64,000 nt of DNA, from assembly GCA_044892505.1 (NCBI GenBank), contig CM097883.1, positions 375,968,001 through 376,032,000 on the forward strand, read 5' to 3'. Below are positions 1 through 12,113 of the stretch, piece by piece. The stretch comes from Schmidtea nova (lineage: Eukaryota). The position numbers were made by a program, and so were the translations under genes. The notes beneath the pieces are model-generated. The model did not search any database and was not told the origin of the DNA. It saw nothing but the letters and a program-made list of their open reading frames with translations. Positions within the stretch are counted from its first letter, which is position 1. Each line of letters begins with the position of its first letter.

Positions 1-1047
1 AAACTGTCACTACACATTTTTTACATGAGACTGTTGGACTCTTCAATTTCCTCCGCTACAAACATCACTACTAACATCAACATACAACTATATAAATTAT
101 CATCACTAGAACTAGGTAGAATCTAATAGGGTCCAATAAGTATAGAATATATGTATCCAGAGAAAAAATAATTACTCTAAATCAATTTAATCAACCCAAT
201 AAATCCAATCTCACCTCCCATTCTGTGCATCAATCAATCAATCAATCCAATAATCATATCAATTAACTATGATTAGTGATTTTGCACAATTGTGAACATT
301 TATTCTCATTTTTTATATCAATCAATCAATCTACATCAAACCAACAAATTCAATGATGATTGACAATTAACTATGACCATAATTATTATTTATTAGTGAT
401 TTATTCCCTTATATAATTGTGACTTTTATTTTACTATGGAAAAGTGGTGATATTATTATTTCGTATATAAATTTTTATTATTCTTTCATATAATTGTAAT
501 CAATATTTTAGACTGTTAACGTAATTAGGTGAAACTGGAATCTTTTAGTCTGTACATAAAATCGTGTAATAAAATCTGCAATTAATAACATGTTATATAA
601 GCAAATATAAACATTGTTATCGTGGCTGAATAAATAAACATAAACAACCAAACATTTTTACTAAAAATATAATGGGTTGTTGATGGATGCTGCATTTTAT
701 TAACATGTTTGAGCTCCATCTTCTCTTGCGATTTCTTTTTATATACTTCGTGCTGCTTGCATTTATCGAAATTCATATTCTGCTTTTTTTCCCATTAATC
801 AAACAACTGTGTATAAATAAGTATATATTTTTAATTTAATTATATATATATTATATAATATTTTTAATTTAATTATATATAAGTTATACATCTTAAAATT
901 ATTTAAAATATAATATATATATATATAAAGATCCTCTACCGGTAACAACCTTTACCGTTTACCGGTAAAAATATTTACCATTTTACCGGTAATGCGGTAA
1001 TTGTGAAAATAGAAAAGAGCGTACAAGAAAATAAGATGTCTAAACCA

Positions 1048-1300
1048 AAAGACAAGACAGAACAATTGAAAAAAGAATTTTTTCCGTCATAAAAAAAACA
1101 TAATAGAGAGAATAACGTTACTTTTTTATTTTAAATAAAGAAGAGTAGGCTAGCAGCATTTTAAATTATTTTAAATAAAAGAGAGTAAGCTGTGCTGCTA
1201 GACTACTCTTTTTTATTTAAAATAAAAAAGTAGCGTTAGTCTCTCTATTATGTTTTTTTATGACGGAAAAATTTGTTTTGTCAATTGTTCTGTCTTGTCT
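1048..1300. repeat. Long imperfect inverted repeat (~110-bp arms, ~33-nt spacer) in the hAT 5' region
   Basis: gacaagacagaacaattg...gagtaggctagcagca (1048-1158) is the near reverse complement of tgctgctagactactc...caattgttctgtcttgtc (about 1192-1300). Confidence 0.85.
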
Positions 1301-1483
1301 TGTCTGGTTTGTGGTGTGATCGTGATTAAAAAAATTAATATTGGTTTTTAACATTAATAATATATCGTAATACATAGAATAAAAGCATACAATAGTTCGT
1401 AAGTAATATAATTTTTATCTATGATTTATTATTAAAAGAAATTTATATTAAAAGAAAATAAATATTTTTTAATAAATAGAATA

Positions 1484-3590
1484 TTGTTTAAACAGAATAT
1501 GGGTTCTTCAAATGTTTGGGAGCATTTTGAAAAGCGAAAAGATAGTATTAAAGAAGCTATATGCAAATTATGTAAAAAATCTAATAAATGTGATGGTGGT
1601 TCCACAAGTGGAATGATTTCGCACCTTAAACTTGTAAATAAAATTCTAATAAAAAAGCAGCTGATAATGATGCAGGTGCTAGTACTTCTGCCTCTACATT
1701 TAAAAAGGAGAAATTATTAATATCCAGCTATTTACAACGTGAAACTTTAGAAGAGATTGTGTCTAGACTAATGGCTTTAGATGGTTTCTCTTATTATGGC
1801 GTTACAAATTCGTCTTTTATTCGCCAAAGTATAAATAAACTAGGATACAAGCTGCCAAAAAATTCAACGGGCACGATGGAATTGGTAAAAAGTTATTACG
1901 AAAAAATCAAAATAGAAATTGTAGAACGATTACAGTCCAAAATTTCGATTGGAAAACGATTTTCGCTGTCTGTAGATGAATGGACAAGCATCAAAAATAG
2001 AAGATATTGCAATATTATTTTATATGATAACAATGAAAATTACAATCTTGGTTTAGCAAGAATAACTGGAAAATGCGATGCAAAAAATATCCAGGAAATA
2101 ATAAGAAAACGATTAAATGAGTTCAAGGTAGATTTTGATCATCAAAATTTCGATTGGAAAACGATTTTCGCTGTCTGTAGATGAAGTGACAAGCATCAAA
2201 AATAGAAGATATTGCAATATTATTTTATATGATAACAATGAAAATTACAATCTTGGTTTAGCAAGAATAACTGGAAAATGCGATGCAAAAAATATCCAGG
2301 AAATAATAAGAAAACGATTAAATGAGTTCAAGGTAGATTTTGATCATCATATTTTATGTTCAATCAGCGATGGTGCAGCAGTAATGCAAAAATATAATAG
2401 AGAAAGTCTATTTGAACCGGTATTATGCTTAAACCATGCATTACATTTATCAGTGACAAAGTTTTTATACCAAAAATATGTTGCTGTTGATTAAACTGAT
2501 CAGAGTTCAATTGAAAATGAGGAAGACATATTTTTAGAAGGGGAATATGACAGTGACGCTGATGTTGATGATGGTGATTCGGTTGAACCAGATGACCAGA
2601 TGGTAATTGAGAAGATAAGCGAGGCAATTGATAATGGTGTATATAGTCATTCAATTTTTTTCATTCAATTGCAAACCTTACGCAGCGTCATTAAATATTT
2701 TCGATTATCGTCCTTAAAAAATGATTTTTTACATAAAAACCCAACTTGGCAAAGAACTGGAATTAAAAATTGATATAAAGACACTTTGGAATTTCATAGA
2801 TCCCATGATAGAAAGATATTTACAAGTAAAAGAAGAAGTAAAAGAAGCCTTAGAATATTTTAATTCTCTTCATTTATTAGCTCCAATAGACGAGAAATAT
2901 TTGATAAACATCCAAAAAATTTTAGAGCCAGTACGCATAGACGCAGAAGCCTTAGCAAGAAATGATGCTACACTATTTACCGCGGAAAGTGTAATTGAAT
3001 TGTTATGTTCAACTTTGGAAAAAAATAGCGATTCACCAATATCCTCTAACTTCTTAGTTTGTTTGAAAAGAGAAATTAATAAAAGACGTAATATTAAATT
3101 ATTCTCTCTTGTACAGTATATGCTTCATCCAAAAAATTTAATGAAACGAAATGTTCACTTTGATTACTGTTCAAAGTTAACGACAGTGGCATTTGGGAAA
3201 AAAATAATTGAAAGATTATTCAAATCAGATGAGCAAGCAGAATCAGATTCAGAAGAGAATGACGAGCCTGAACTTTTAAATACTGACTTGAAATCTCAAT
3301 TTCAAAAAGCTATTTCTACAGCTATGGTTTCCATTTCCAGTAAACGAGAAGGACTATCGTCATCAGTCCAGAAAGAGTTTTTATTTTTTGAAGTATCCGG
3401 AGAAAAAAGTCATAATCTCACACTGTTGTTCGAAGCTCTGCAAACCGCAAAACCAACCTCTACAGACAATGAAAGAACATTCTCCATAGCGAACCGAGTT
3501 TGTACTAAAATAAGAACTAGGTTATCGGATGAAAATTTGCATATTATCGTTTTCCTTAAATATTTCTTTTTGAAACAAAATGGTAAATAG
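1484..3590 (+). pseudogene. hAT transposase, frameshifted
   Basis: BED finger (VWEHF...CKLC...HL), LSVDEWTS, SDGAAVM and CLNHALHL motifs, and a C-terminal PTSTDNERTFS dimerisation domain, split over four ORFs; contains a 205-bp tandem duplication. Confidence 0.9.
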
Positions 3591-3851
3591 ATTAACATTT
3601 CTTTTTAAATGTTGGGTAAATTATAAAAAAAACTAAATTATAATTTAAATTTTTGTATTTGTTCTTTTCTTGAATGATTTTTTTGTTCGTTTTTTGTATG
3701 AAATAAATATATTGTAATGTTTTTTTTCACTTAAACCATGATTTTCTTTTAATTTCTGTTAAAAAGTTTATCACCGAAATTTACCGGTTTTTACCGGTAA
3801 TAAGATTGAAAATTTACCGTTTACCGGTAAAAGAAAACATACGGTAATTGA

Positions 3852-3853
<2 letters not shown>

Positions 3854-3937
<84 letters not shown>
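3854..3937. repeat. (TA)n microsatellite
   Basis: Pure TA run; it explains the IYIY ORFs. Confidence 0.98.
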
Positions 3938-3942
<5 letters not shown>

Positions 3943-4492
3943 AAACGTTATAACTTGTCGTTATTTTCATTTTTATTATTGTCATTTTTATGATTGTTAT
4001 TATCTTATTGTTGTTATAATTATTGCAACCGCTTTTGTGGTCGTGGGCGTCCTTTCGGACACAGGAGTACCCCCTCCCATTTTTATTATTTCTGTTATTT
4101 TTATGATTTTGGTTGACTGGAAAATGTGCCATGAAATAATTATATAAATAATTATATAAAATAGTTAAAAAGAGTCAATACAAAAATCAATTAAGATATA
4201 GAAATTAAAAAACTATAGGAATTGAAAAAGAAAATTGATAGATATGGGAAATGAAATTATGAAAAATAAGAGAATTGAAAAATAAAGAAAATTAAGAAAA
4301 CAGAGGATATATCGGTGGAAAAATACTTTGAAAATTTTAGACTTAGTAATTACGTGAGTACAGGTTGATATTTACTGTTTGGTTTTGTTTTAGACGTAAT
4401 AAATTGTATAAATATTTTTATTCATTGTTGATTTGTTATTAAACACATTCACCTACGCACGAAAGCACGCAATCACACAAATACATAGCAAG

Positions 4493-4532
4493 CACCCCGA
4501 GTGTCCCAACATAAATCGGTGACTCTCTCGGG
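4493..4532 (+). repeat. Conserved hairpin motif CACCCCGAGTGTC...GACTCTCTCGGG, copy 1
   Basis: The same motif recurs at 7680-7720 and 10216-10258. Confidence 0.8.
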
Positions 4533-4604
4533 CTCTTCAGTATCTCCCTCACACAACTCTCCATAAACATTTATATTAACAATTTAACCCTCCATAAACA
4601 TTTA

Positions 4605-4607
<3 letters not shown>

Positions 4608-4676
<69 letters not shown>
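4608..4676. repeat. (TA)n microsatellite
   Basis: Pure TA run. Confidence 0.98.
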
Positions 4677-4678
<2 letters not shown>

Positions 4679-5753
4679 CGAAGGCACTACAATTGTCAAT
4701 CAAAAAATCAATAAAATCTGTTTAATTTCAATGGTTACATACAAAAATTTTACTATATAAGAAAAGCGAAAAAACTAGAAAACCACCACAAAATCATAAC
4801 CTAAATAAATTCAACTTTTTAAAAAATTACTTCTCGAAGGGTAATCCGGAACGACACTTAAAAACAGAGTAGGAAAAGGCTTTACACATTTTTATAAGTC
4901 GCATTCGAAATAACAGAAACTCATATCAGATTTTTACATAACACGCACCATACAAGCAGAAAGTTAACAGAAACTAAAATATTGTAAAGAGAATCTAGAC
5001 CTTGTAAAATGAATTATTGTTGTTATTGTAAAAAAGTAAATTTTATTGTTAAATAAATATTTCTTAAAAAGACTTGCTTCTCATTATTTATATAGCTATT
5101 GCCACAACAAGTTAAGAATTCAAATAGTAAATATTTGAAACCTCAACATTTATAATCGTTCAGTTTATTCTATTTATTTTTAAAAAAATCAAACAATTCT
5201 TTAGTTGCATCTTTTGTTTCCATTTTTCTGTTCAAAATTTAAATCCAATAATATCGACTGTACTATTCTCAATTTAAAGTTGTAGATTTTCCCCATCCAA
5301 ACGTCCGAATTGAGTCGTGATCAACATTCTCAATATCATCATTCAATCGTCATTATGCATCAATCCTAGTTTCAACAATCTCCTTTTTATTAACAATCAG
5401 ACTCTAGACTCATCAGATTACACCATCCCTTTTCCTGCTTTTATTATTACATTGATTAAAACAAACAATTCACACATCGATCCATTTTGTTATTATCTTT
5501 TGAACCCGATACTTTCCGCGTTCTTCTCCGGTAACAAAAATAAAATTACAGGGTCATATAGTAATCATTTCTCATACCTCACTCCTCACCGATTATTCAA
5601 TAATTAATAGTCAACATAACATAAATCTTTGACCAATCTATGGTAGCAATAATAATAATAATCAGATTATAATAAAATGCTAATAGTTTACTGATAATAC
5701 TAATTATAGTTAAATTAATAATGATAATAATATAATAATACGCGTTATGCGGC

Positions 5754-6037
5754 NNNNNNNNNNNNNNNNNNNNNNNNNNNNNNNNNNNNNNNNNNNNNNN
5801 NNNNNNNNNNNNNNNNNNNNNNNNNNNNNNNNNNNNNNNNNNNNNNNNNNNNNNNNNNNNNNNNNNNNNNNNNNNNNNNNNNNNNNNNNNNNNNNNNNNN
5901 NNNNNNNNNNNNNNNNNNNNNNNNNNNNNNNNNNNNNNNNNNNNNNNNNNNNNNNNNNNNNNNNNNNNNNNNNNNNNNNNNNNNNNNNNNNNNNNNNNNN
6001 NNNNNNNNNNNNNNNNNNNNNNNNNNNNNNNNNNNNN
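5754..6037. other. Assembly gap
   Basis: Run of N. Confidence 1.
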
Positions 6038-6097
6038 ATAGATCAAAATTTTTTTTTATAAACAATAACACAATATTTCGGCACAGCCTTTATCAAG
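6038..6097. repeat. One arm of a fold-back repeat family
   Basis: gatcaaaattttttttataaacaataacacaatatttcggcacagcctttatcaag matches the arm at 6982-7038. Confidence 0.9.
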
Positions 6098-6724
6098 TGT
6101 GTATATATATATATATATATATGTTGTTACGTAATAATTATAATAAAATATAATAAATCAGTTTTATTTTCATATTATTTGCCTAAATTACTGTATTTAT
6201 TTTTAAAATTATAATAATAATAATTCTGATATCTATACAATCATTAATACTCTGTGTTACTGCTTTCTTGGTTCAAAATTTCGTATTTTCCTCGAATTTT
6301 GGATTTAATAGTGGGGATTTTCTACACTTTTTATCGTTTCTGGTGTTGCATTTTATCCTTTGCCATATTTTCCATTTGCCTGTACTGCATACCCGTTTTC
6401 TACGCTCTATAGACATTATTTGATCATATTTTCGATTATCGGCTGTTCATTGGACTCATTTGTCGCGATATGATCTTTTGACTCTTACCCGCGATTTTTA
6501 ACCCACTTTTAACCCATTCCGGCTCAACTCTTAATCTTATGCTATTTTTGCCGTTTATCTGTACTAGAGATCTCTATTTTACGCTCTATAGTCACTTTTC
6601 ATTCTCATTTTCGATCATTGGCTGCTAATGGGGTTAAAAATTCGCTTTTTGGCTTTAAATTGGTGATCCTGTTTCAAATTTCTTGATTTTTTCCGATTTT
6701 CTAATTCAATTATCATCTAAAACA

Positions 6725-6930
6725 NNNNNNNNNNNNNNNNNNNNNNNNNNNNNNNNNNNNNNNNNNNNNNNNNNNNNNNNNNNNNNNNNNNNNNNNNNNN
6801 NNNNNNNNNNNNNNNNNNNNNNNNNNNNNNNNNNNNNNNNNNNNNNNNNNNNNNNNNNNNNNNNNNNNNNNNNNNNNNNNNNNNNNNNNNNNNNNNNNNN
6901 NNNNNNNNNNNNNNNNNNNNNNNNNNNNNN
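6725..6930. other. Assembly gap
   Basis: Run of N. Confidence 1.
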
Positions 6931-7107
6931 ACCTTTGATCTTTTTTTATTATTATTATCAATAATTCTCATAATGACTAGAGATCAAAATTTTTTTTTAT
7001 AAACAATAACACAATATTTCGGCACAGCCTTTATCAAGAGTGTATATTTGATAAAGGCTGTGCCGAAATATTGTGTTATTGTTTATAAAAAAAAATTTTG
7101 ATCTAGT
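6931..7107. repeat. Fold-back (palindromic) repeat, ~56-bp arms, 10-nt loop
   Basis: 6982-7037 and 7048-7103 are near-perfect reverse complements. Confidence 0.92.
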
Positions 7108-7348
7108 NNNNNNNNNNNNNNNNNNNNNNNNNNNNNNNNNNNNNNNNNNNNNNNNNNNNNNNNNNNNNNNNNNNNNNNNNNNNNNNNNNNNNNNNNNNNN
7201 NNNNNNNNNNNNNNNNNNNNNNNNNNNNNNNNNNNNNNNNNNNNNNNNNNNNNNNNNNNNNNNNNNNNNNNNNNNNNNNNNNNNNNNNNNNNNNNNNNNN
7301 NNNNNNNNNNNNNNNNNNNNNNNNNNNNNNNNNNNNNNNNNNNNNNNN
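7108..7348. other. Assembly gap
   Basis: Run of N. Confidence 1.
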
Positions 7349-7364
7349 AATTAAACAAGTAATT

Positions 7365-7535
7365 AAAAAAAGCAGTTCCTGCATTTAATCCCAAGGGCGA
7401 ATTGAAGAAATTAAAAAAGAGCAGTTCCTACATTTAATCCCAAGGGCGAATTGAAGAAATTAAAAAAGAGCAGTTCCTGCACTTAATCCCAGGGGCGAAT
7501 TGAAGAAATTATAAAAAAGCATTTCTTACATTTAA
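7365..7535. repeat. 49-bp tandem repeat, about 3.5 copies
   Basis: gggcgaattgaagaaatt recurs at 7395, 7444 and 7493. Confidence 0.9.
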
Positions 7536-7679
7536 ATCCAATCCGTAACAACTAAAAATTTTCTCGTCAAAAGTATTTATTTTGAATATAATTTGGATAA
7601 TATTTATTTTGTTTTGTTATTTATATTTTATATTCAGTCATTGTAAATTTTACCACAACACAATCACTTACACAGCAAA

Positions 7680-7720
7680 CACCCCGAGTGTCCCAACAAC
7701 TGATAGGTGACTCTCTCGGG
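7680..7720 (+). repeat. Conserved hairpin motif, copy 2
   Basis: caccccgagtgtc...gactctctcggg. Confidence 0.8.
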
Positions 7721-8289
7721 CGCTTCCATTCCTCTTTGCACGCACTTTCACACAATATAAACATCAAAAGATACACAACATATATAATATAAAATATACG
7801 AACATCATAAGAACGTCAACACAACCCTGATTCATACACAATATATAGATATATTTAATTATAATAAAACGTACAACATAACAAATAGTAACGATAATAT
7901 CAATAATATCAATAAAACACGGATATAATAAAACACTTAATATTTCGTTATGTTTTTGTCAAGAAATTTTAAAAGTTCGTCGATTTTCCATGAAAACGTT
8001 TATTAAATCTCGCTTTTCCCCACAAAGACAACTAAATAAATCCGCGCAAACTCAATTTTCCAAAGTTTTTCAATTTTTCCCAACAAAACAAACTAAATCC
8101 AGGCTGAGCCCCCTGGAAACCTTGGCAAACATAGCCGACAAAATTAATGATGAAATATATCTAACAATATCAAAGAGCTAGAAAATCTAAAAACTAAACA
8201 AAAACAAACAATAACAAATTCTCCGACGATGAACTCGCTCAAATTGGAAGAAATAGACGGAATCTGGGACGACACTTCAAACGACAACA

Positions 8290-9230
8290 ATAAAAGAATC
8301 ATTGTACCACCAGAATTCCGCGAACAGTACTTGCAGAAATATCACAACATTTACCACCCAGGAAACAAAGCCACATATGAACTTTTGCATCCAAAAGTAA
8401 TCTGACCTTACATGAGAAGGGACGTAAAAACATTTGTTAGAAACTGTCCACAATGTCAAAAGAACAAAATAACGAAAAAAACAATTTAAAACAGCTGTGG
8501 TACAATTCCCTAGATCGGAGCCTTTCGAAACAATACACATCGACATAGTCGGTCCTCTACCACCCAATAACAAATACAAGTATTTGTTAACAATAATAGA
8601 TCGCATAAAGGAAATATCTGCAGCAAAGATTTGCAACAATTTAGAACTAAATTGGTTCGCACGGTATGGTTGCCAAAAAACAATAAACAGCGATCAAGGT
8701 AGACAATTCGAATCCGACATTTTCAAAGGACTTTGCAATAAATATAACATCGCAAAAAGCAGAAAAACAGCGTACAAATCCCAATCAAGCGGAAAAGTGG
8801 AAAGATTGCATCGATCGATAAAACAAGCAATCAGAACGAAGACAAATAATAACAACAACTGGTTGGAAAAATTACCAGAAATCTTCATAGGATAGCGCAA
8901 GATCAAACGGTATAAAACCTAGCCAATCGTTATTCGGACACAACACAAATCTACCAAACTTAAAAGACAAAACAGAAAACAAATTAAAAACAAACAACAA
9001 AATCAACGAACCACAAATAATAAAACTAAAAAGCATTCTGAAAAACAAAAACACTCACAAAACCAAAACAGACTAATAATAGACAAAGTCTTCATAAAGA
9101 AACCTTTCACTAGTGGCTTCGAAACAAAGTACGAAGGTCCATACAAATTACTAAATATGTACAAAAACGTCGGCACAATAGTAAAAGACTACAAGTCAAT
9201 CAAAATAAACACACGCTGATTAAAACCATA
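8290..9230 (+). pseudogene. Ty3/Gypsy integrase relic
   Basis: HHCC region (YHNIYHPG...NCPQCQ), core IHIDIVGPLP, SDQGRQFES and SSGKVERLHR, and a later GPY-like segment; broken by stops and frameshifts. Confidence 0.9.
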
Positions 9231-9600
9231 TTATGAAAACAAACTACCCCCATCCAACAATGACCACAACAAAAACCCTCCAGAAACGCCAACAAAATAA
9301 AAACACAACATTCAGCGAAAACACAAAAAAAACATTCGACAAGAACACAGTAATCACACCAGAACAAAAACGATACAGCGACTGCTTTAAATAAAAACAC
9401 AAACATACATAAGCAAAACTCATGCACAAACAAAGTTGACTGTACAGTTTTTTTATTTTTTTTGTAAATGTGTAGCTTTTATTTTTAAATTGTTGTAAAA
9501 AAACAAAACAAAATAAAATAAAACAATTTTTGGTTGCTTAATTGTGGTTGTAAAAAACACTTTAATTCGATTTTTATTATTTATGTTAACCTCCGGTTTT

Positions 9601-9625
9601 AAAGTGGGAAGCTGTGTGGTGTACT
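9601..9625 (+). mobile_element. Probable polypurine tract and start of a 3' LTR
   Basis: aaagtgggaagc is followed by TGTGTGG downstream of the integrase; the same AGTGGGAAG core precedes the LTR at 48840. Confidence 0.55.
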
Positions 9626-10215
9626 CACCAGATATGTATAATTATTTATTTTTATAATTGAGTGTGTCGGTATGGACAGTTTTGATTCCCCCTTTTATTT
9701 GTGTGCATTGTGGTTATTATATTAATGGTAATATTAATTTGAATTGTAAATTTGAATTTGGCTTGCTATAGCAAATTGCTATAGTAAGCCAAATTACAAA
9801 AATAAGAAATTGATCCAAATTAAAATAATTACTGGATATTATGTCGTATTTTAATCTTGAATTTGAATGACTGAATATTTGTATTGGCATTAATTGGAAA
9901 TTATATGAAATTATCAAAATAATTATAATTTAAAATAATAAATATTATCCTATCAAATATTGCTATCCCTGCCAAAAAGAAAATCATAAAATAGCAAAGA
10001 GCATTATATAACGTTTGAAAATAATAAATATTATCCAATCAAATATTGCTATCCCGGCCCAAAGAAAGTCCAACCAAATTTGATTATTAAGAATATCCCA
10101 AGAAAATTACTAATCACCTATTTACAACATGAGTAGTATTCTTTTTTTAAAAATACAGTTTATTGGTTGAAATTTGTTATTTGTTTTTTTATTTTTATTT
10201 AAATCGTTGCTAAAG

Positions 10216-10258
10216 CACCCCGAGTGTCTCCACGCAGTTTTTGGAAGACTCTCTCGGG
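10216..10258 (+). repeat. Conserved hairpin motif, copy 3
   Basis: caccccgagtgtc...gactctctcggg with a different inner stem-loop. Confidence 0.8.
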
Positions 10259-10790
10259 ATCTACAATATCTCCGTTACTAACGAACGCTTACCAACAAAC
10301 TTTATCAAACGTACAACAATTACCATTCATTAAAATGTTTTAGTAAGAAGATTTCCCTCTTTCTCGGTTGAATTAATCGGTAATTTATAATTTTCGTTAT
10401 TTCACATGGTTAACTTGGTTTAGGTAATTTCTGTGGATCTAATACAATTCATTGACAACAAGAACGGAAAATTAGCCAACATTGGAATTATTTAATGACT
10501 GTTTTCACTTCAAAATATGAATTGGATAATTGATCAGCAACTCTTCTAATTTCCACAAAGTAACTTTTGTGAATTTTAACTCGATATGTCGATCCTTTGG
10601 TTGGATTTCATTTTAATAAATATTTAATTTATGTTAGCTTCTTATTTTTGATTTTTAAGCAGTATTTTGGTGTTTGCTTTTATTGATTGTTGGTTAGCTC
10701 GAAGCTATATTTGACACCGGGTCGATTTTCGGAAGGTTTCGTATCAGATTTTAAAAAATGCATTTCGATCATTTTACAGAATTATCTCGA

Positions 10791-10833
<43 letters not shown>

Positions 10834-11895
10834 TTTTCTGCTCTAGTAATAATAAGGATAACTTTTGCTATAATACTATGATGACGCAATAATAATATAA
10901 TGATATGATAGTGACAAATGTCGATGACAATAGATTAATGACAGGGTATTAAAATGATGAGCTATTAATATGATAGTACACGTTATAAAGTACAAATTTC
11001 ATGCAATAGATTGCGGCTCTTTTATACATAATATCGAGTTGTTTCCGTTTAAATAAATTTTCCTCAGGCATGAATGTGCGATGACAAAATATGACAAAAT
11101 ATTCATGCCTATATATAGCCTATAGTCAAGTTGAGTTTCGAATTGGTAAACTCTTCGAGATTGTATTATTTTGACTAAATAATAAAGATATTGAGGGATG
11201 TAGTTGGTGATTCCTAAAAACAGTTAGGCAATTTTCGACTTTTGTAATCATTTTCTTGAGTAAGTTATCCACGTATATAGGGTGTTATCGATTGATACTA
11301 TATATTACTAAAAGTATGATTGTTATTAACTACCGGAATTTTATGATATGGAATGTTGTAGTCTACAAGCATTAATAATATGCATTTTATAGATGAAATC
11401 GTGAATTCTCGGTGTGGTAAATTTGGATATGGGTGATGTTGTTGAATGAAATGGGTAGTTCAACGATAAATGTGACTGAGTGAAACAATGTGGTATGTGT
11501 GTATTGGTGATAAATAAATTTTGTATATGGTATTAGATATGAATGGTGCTAATAAATGATATGGATATATTGATTTGCAAGTCGAATTATTTCGTGATAT
11601 CATAAATTTATAATTTATATAATAATAAAATTCCAAATTTTTAATTTTTATATTCTAATATAGTAATTTTTGGTTTGTACTTTTTAATATATTCCAATAT
11701 AATTTTTGATTTAAAATTTTTATATTATAATTTTTACAAAATATAGTATCTTTATCTTTTTATAGCCAAATTTGAAATTCCATAAAATTTACACAATAAT
11801 AAAAATTCCAATTCACAAAGTTCAAGTTAAAATTTTTATATGTTAAATTATCTATAAAAGTAAATTATAATTTTTTACAAAAATTAATTACGATT

Positions 11896-12113
11896 GGTAG
11901 TTTGTTGATCGTCAATATGACGTTGCAATGGCTCCCATCAACAACTCAACCTACAAAACATTAGATTAACCATCTTGTTGCCCGTCGCAATGTAACGTTG
12001 GTAATGCAACAAATGGGTGGGTATTCGCAATCAGTGAGCGTCGAAAATTCGAAACTATGATTGACCGAATATCTCCTGGGTCCAAGGGCTACCGATAGAA
12101 GGATTAATGCCCA
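11896..12113 (+). ncRNA. Putative structured RNA element (~220 nt), copy 1
   Basis: Highly similar to 17773-17996 while the flanks are unrelated; several nested stems are visible. Function unknown. Confidence 0.5.

Larger units (their letters stand above)
938..3853 (+). mobile_element. Decayed hAT DNA transposon (BED-finger type)
   Basis: Clusters of TTACCGGTAA-type subterminal motifs at both ends (938-1005 and 3780-3848) flank transposase fragments; the exact TIR/TSD is lost in flanking (TA)n. Confidence 0.8.

Noticed and set aside
3821-4147. IYIY, poly-N, poly-I and X-containing ORFs throughout the window
   Set aside because: Artefacts of (TA)n, (AAT)n, minisatellites and N gaps.
6360-6660. 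Two diverged ~180-bp units sharing tacgctctatag
   Set aside because: Only two partial copies cut by a gap; too little to define a satellite.
12030-12060. Hammerhead ribozyme core (tcagtgag...cgaaac, also in copy 2)
   Set aside because: The catalytic CUGANGA is not matched (TCAGTGA instead), so it cannot be called from sequence.
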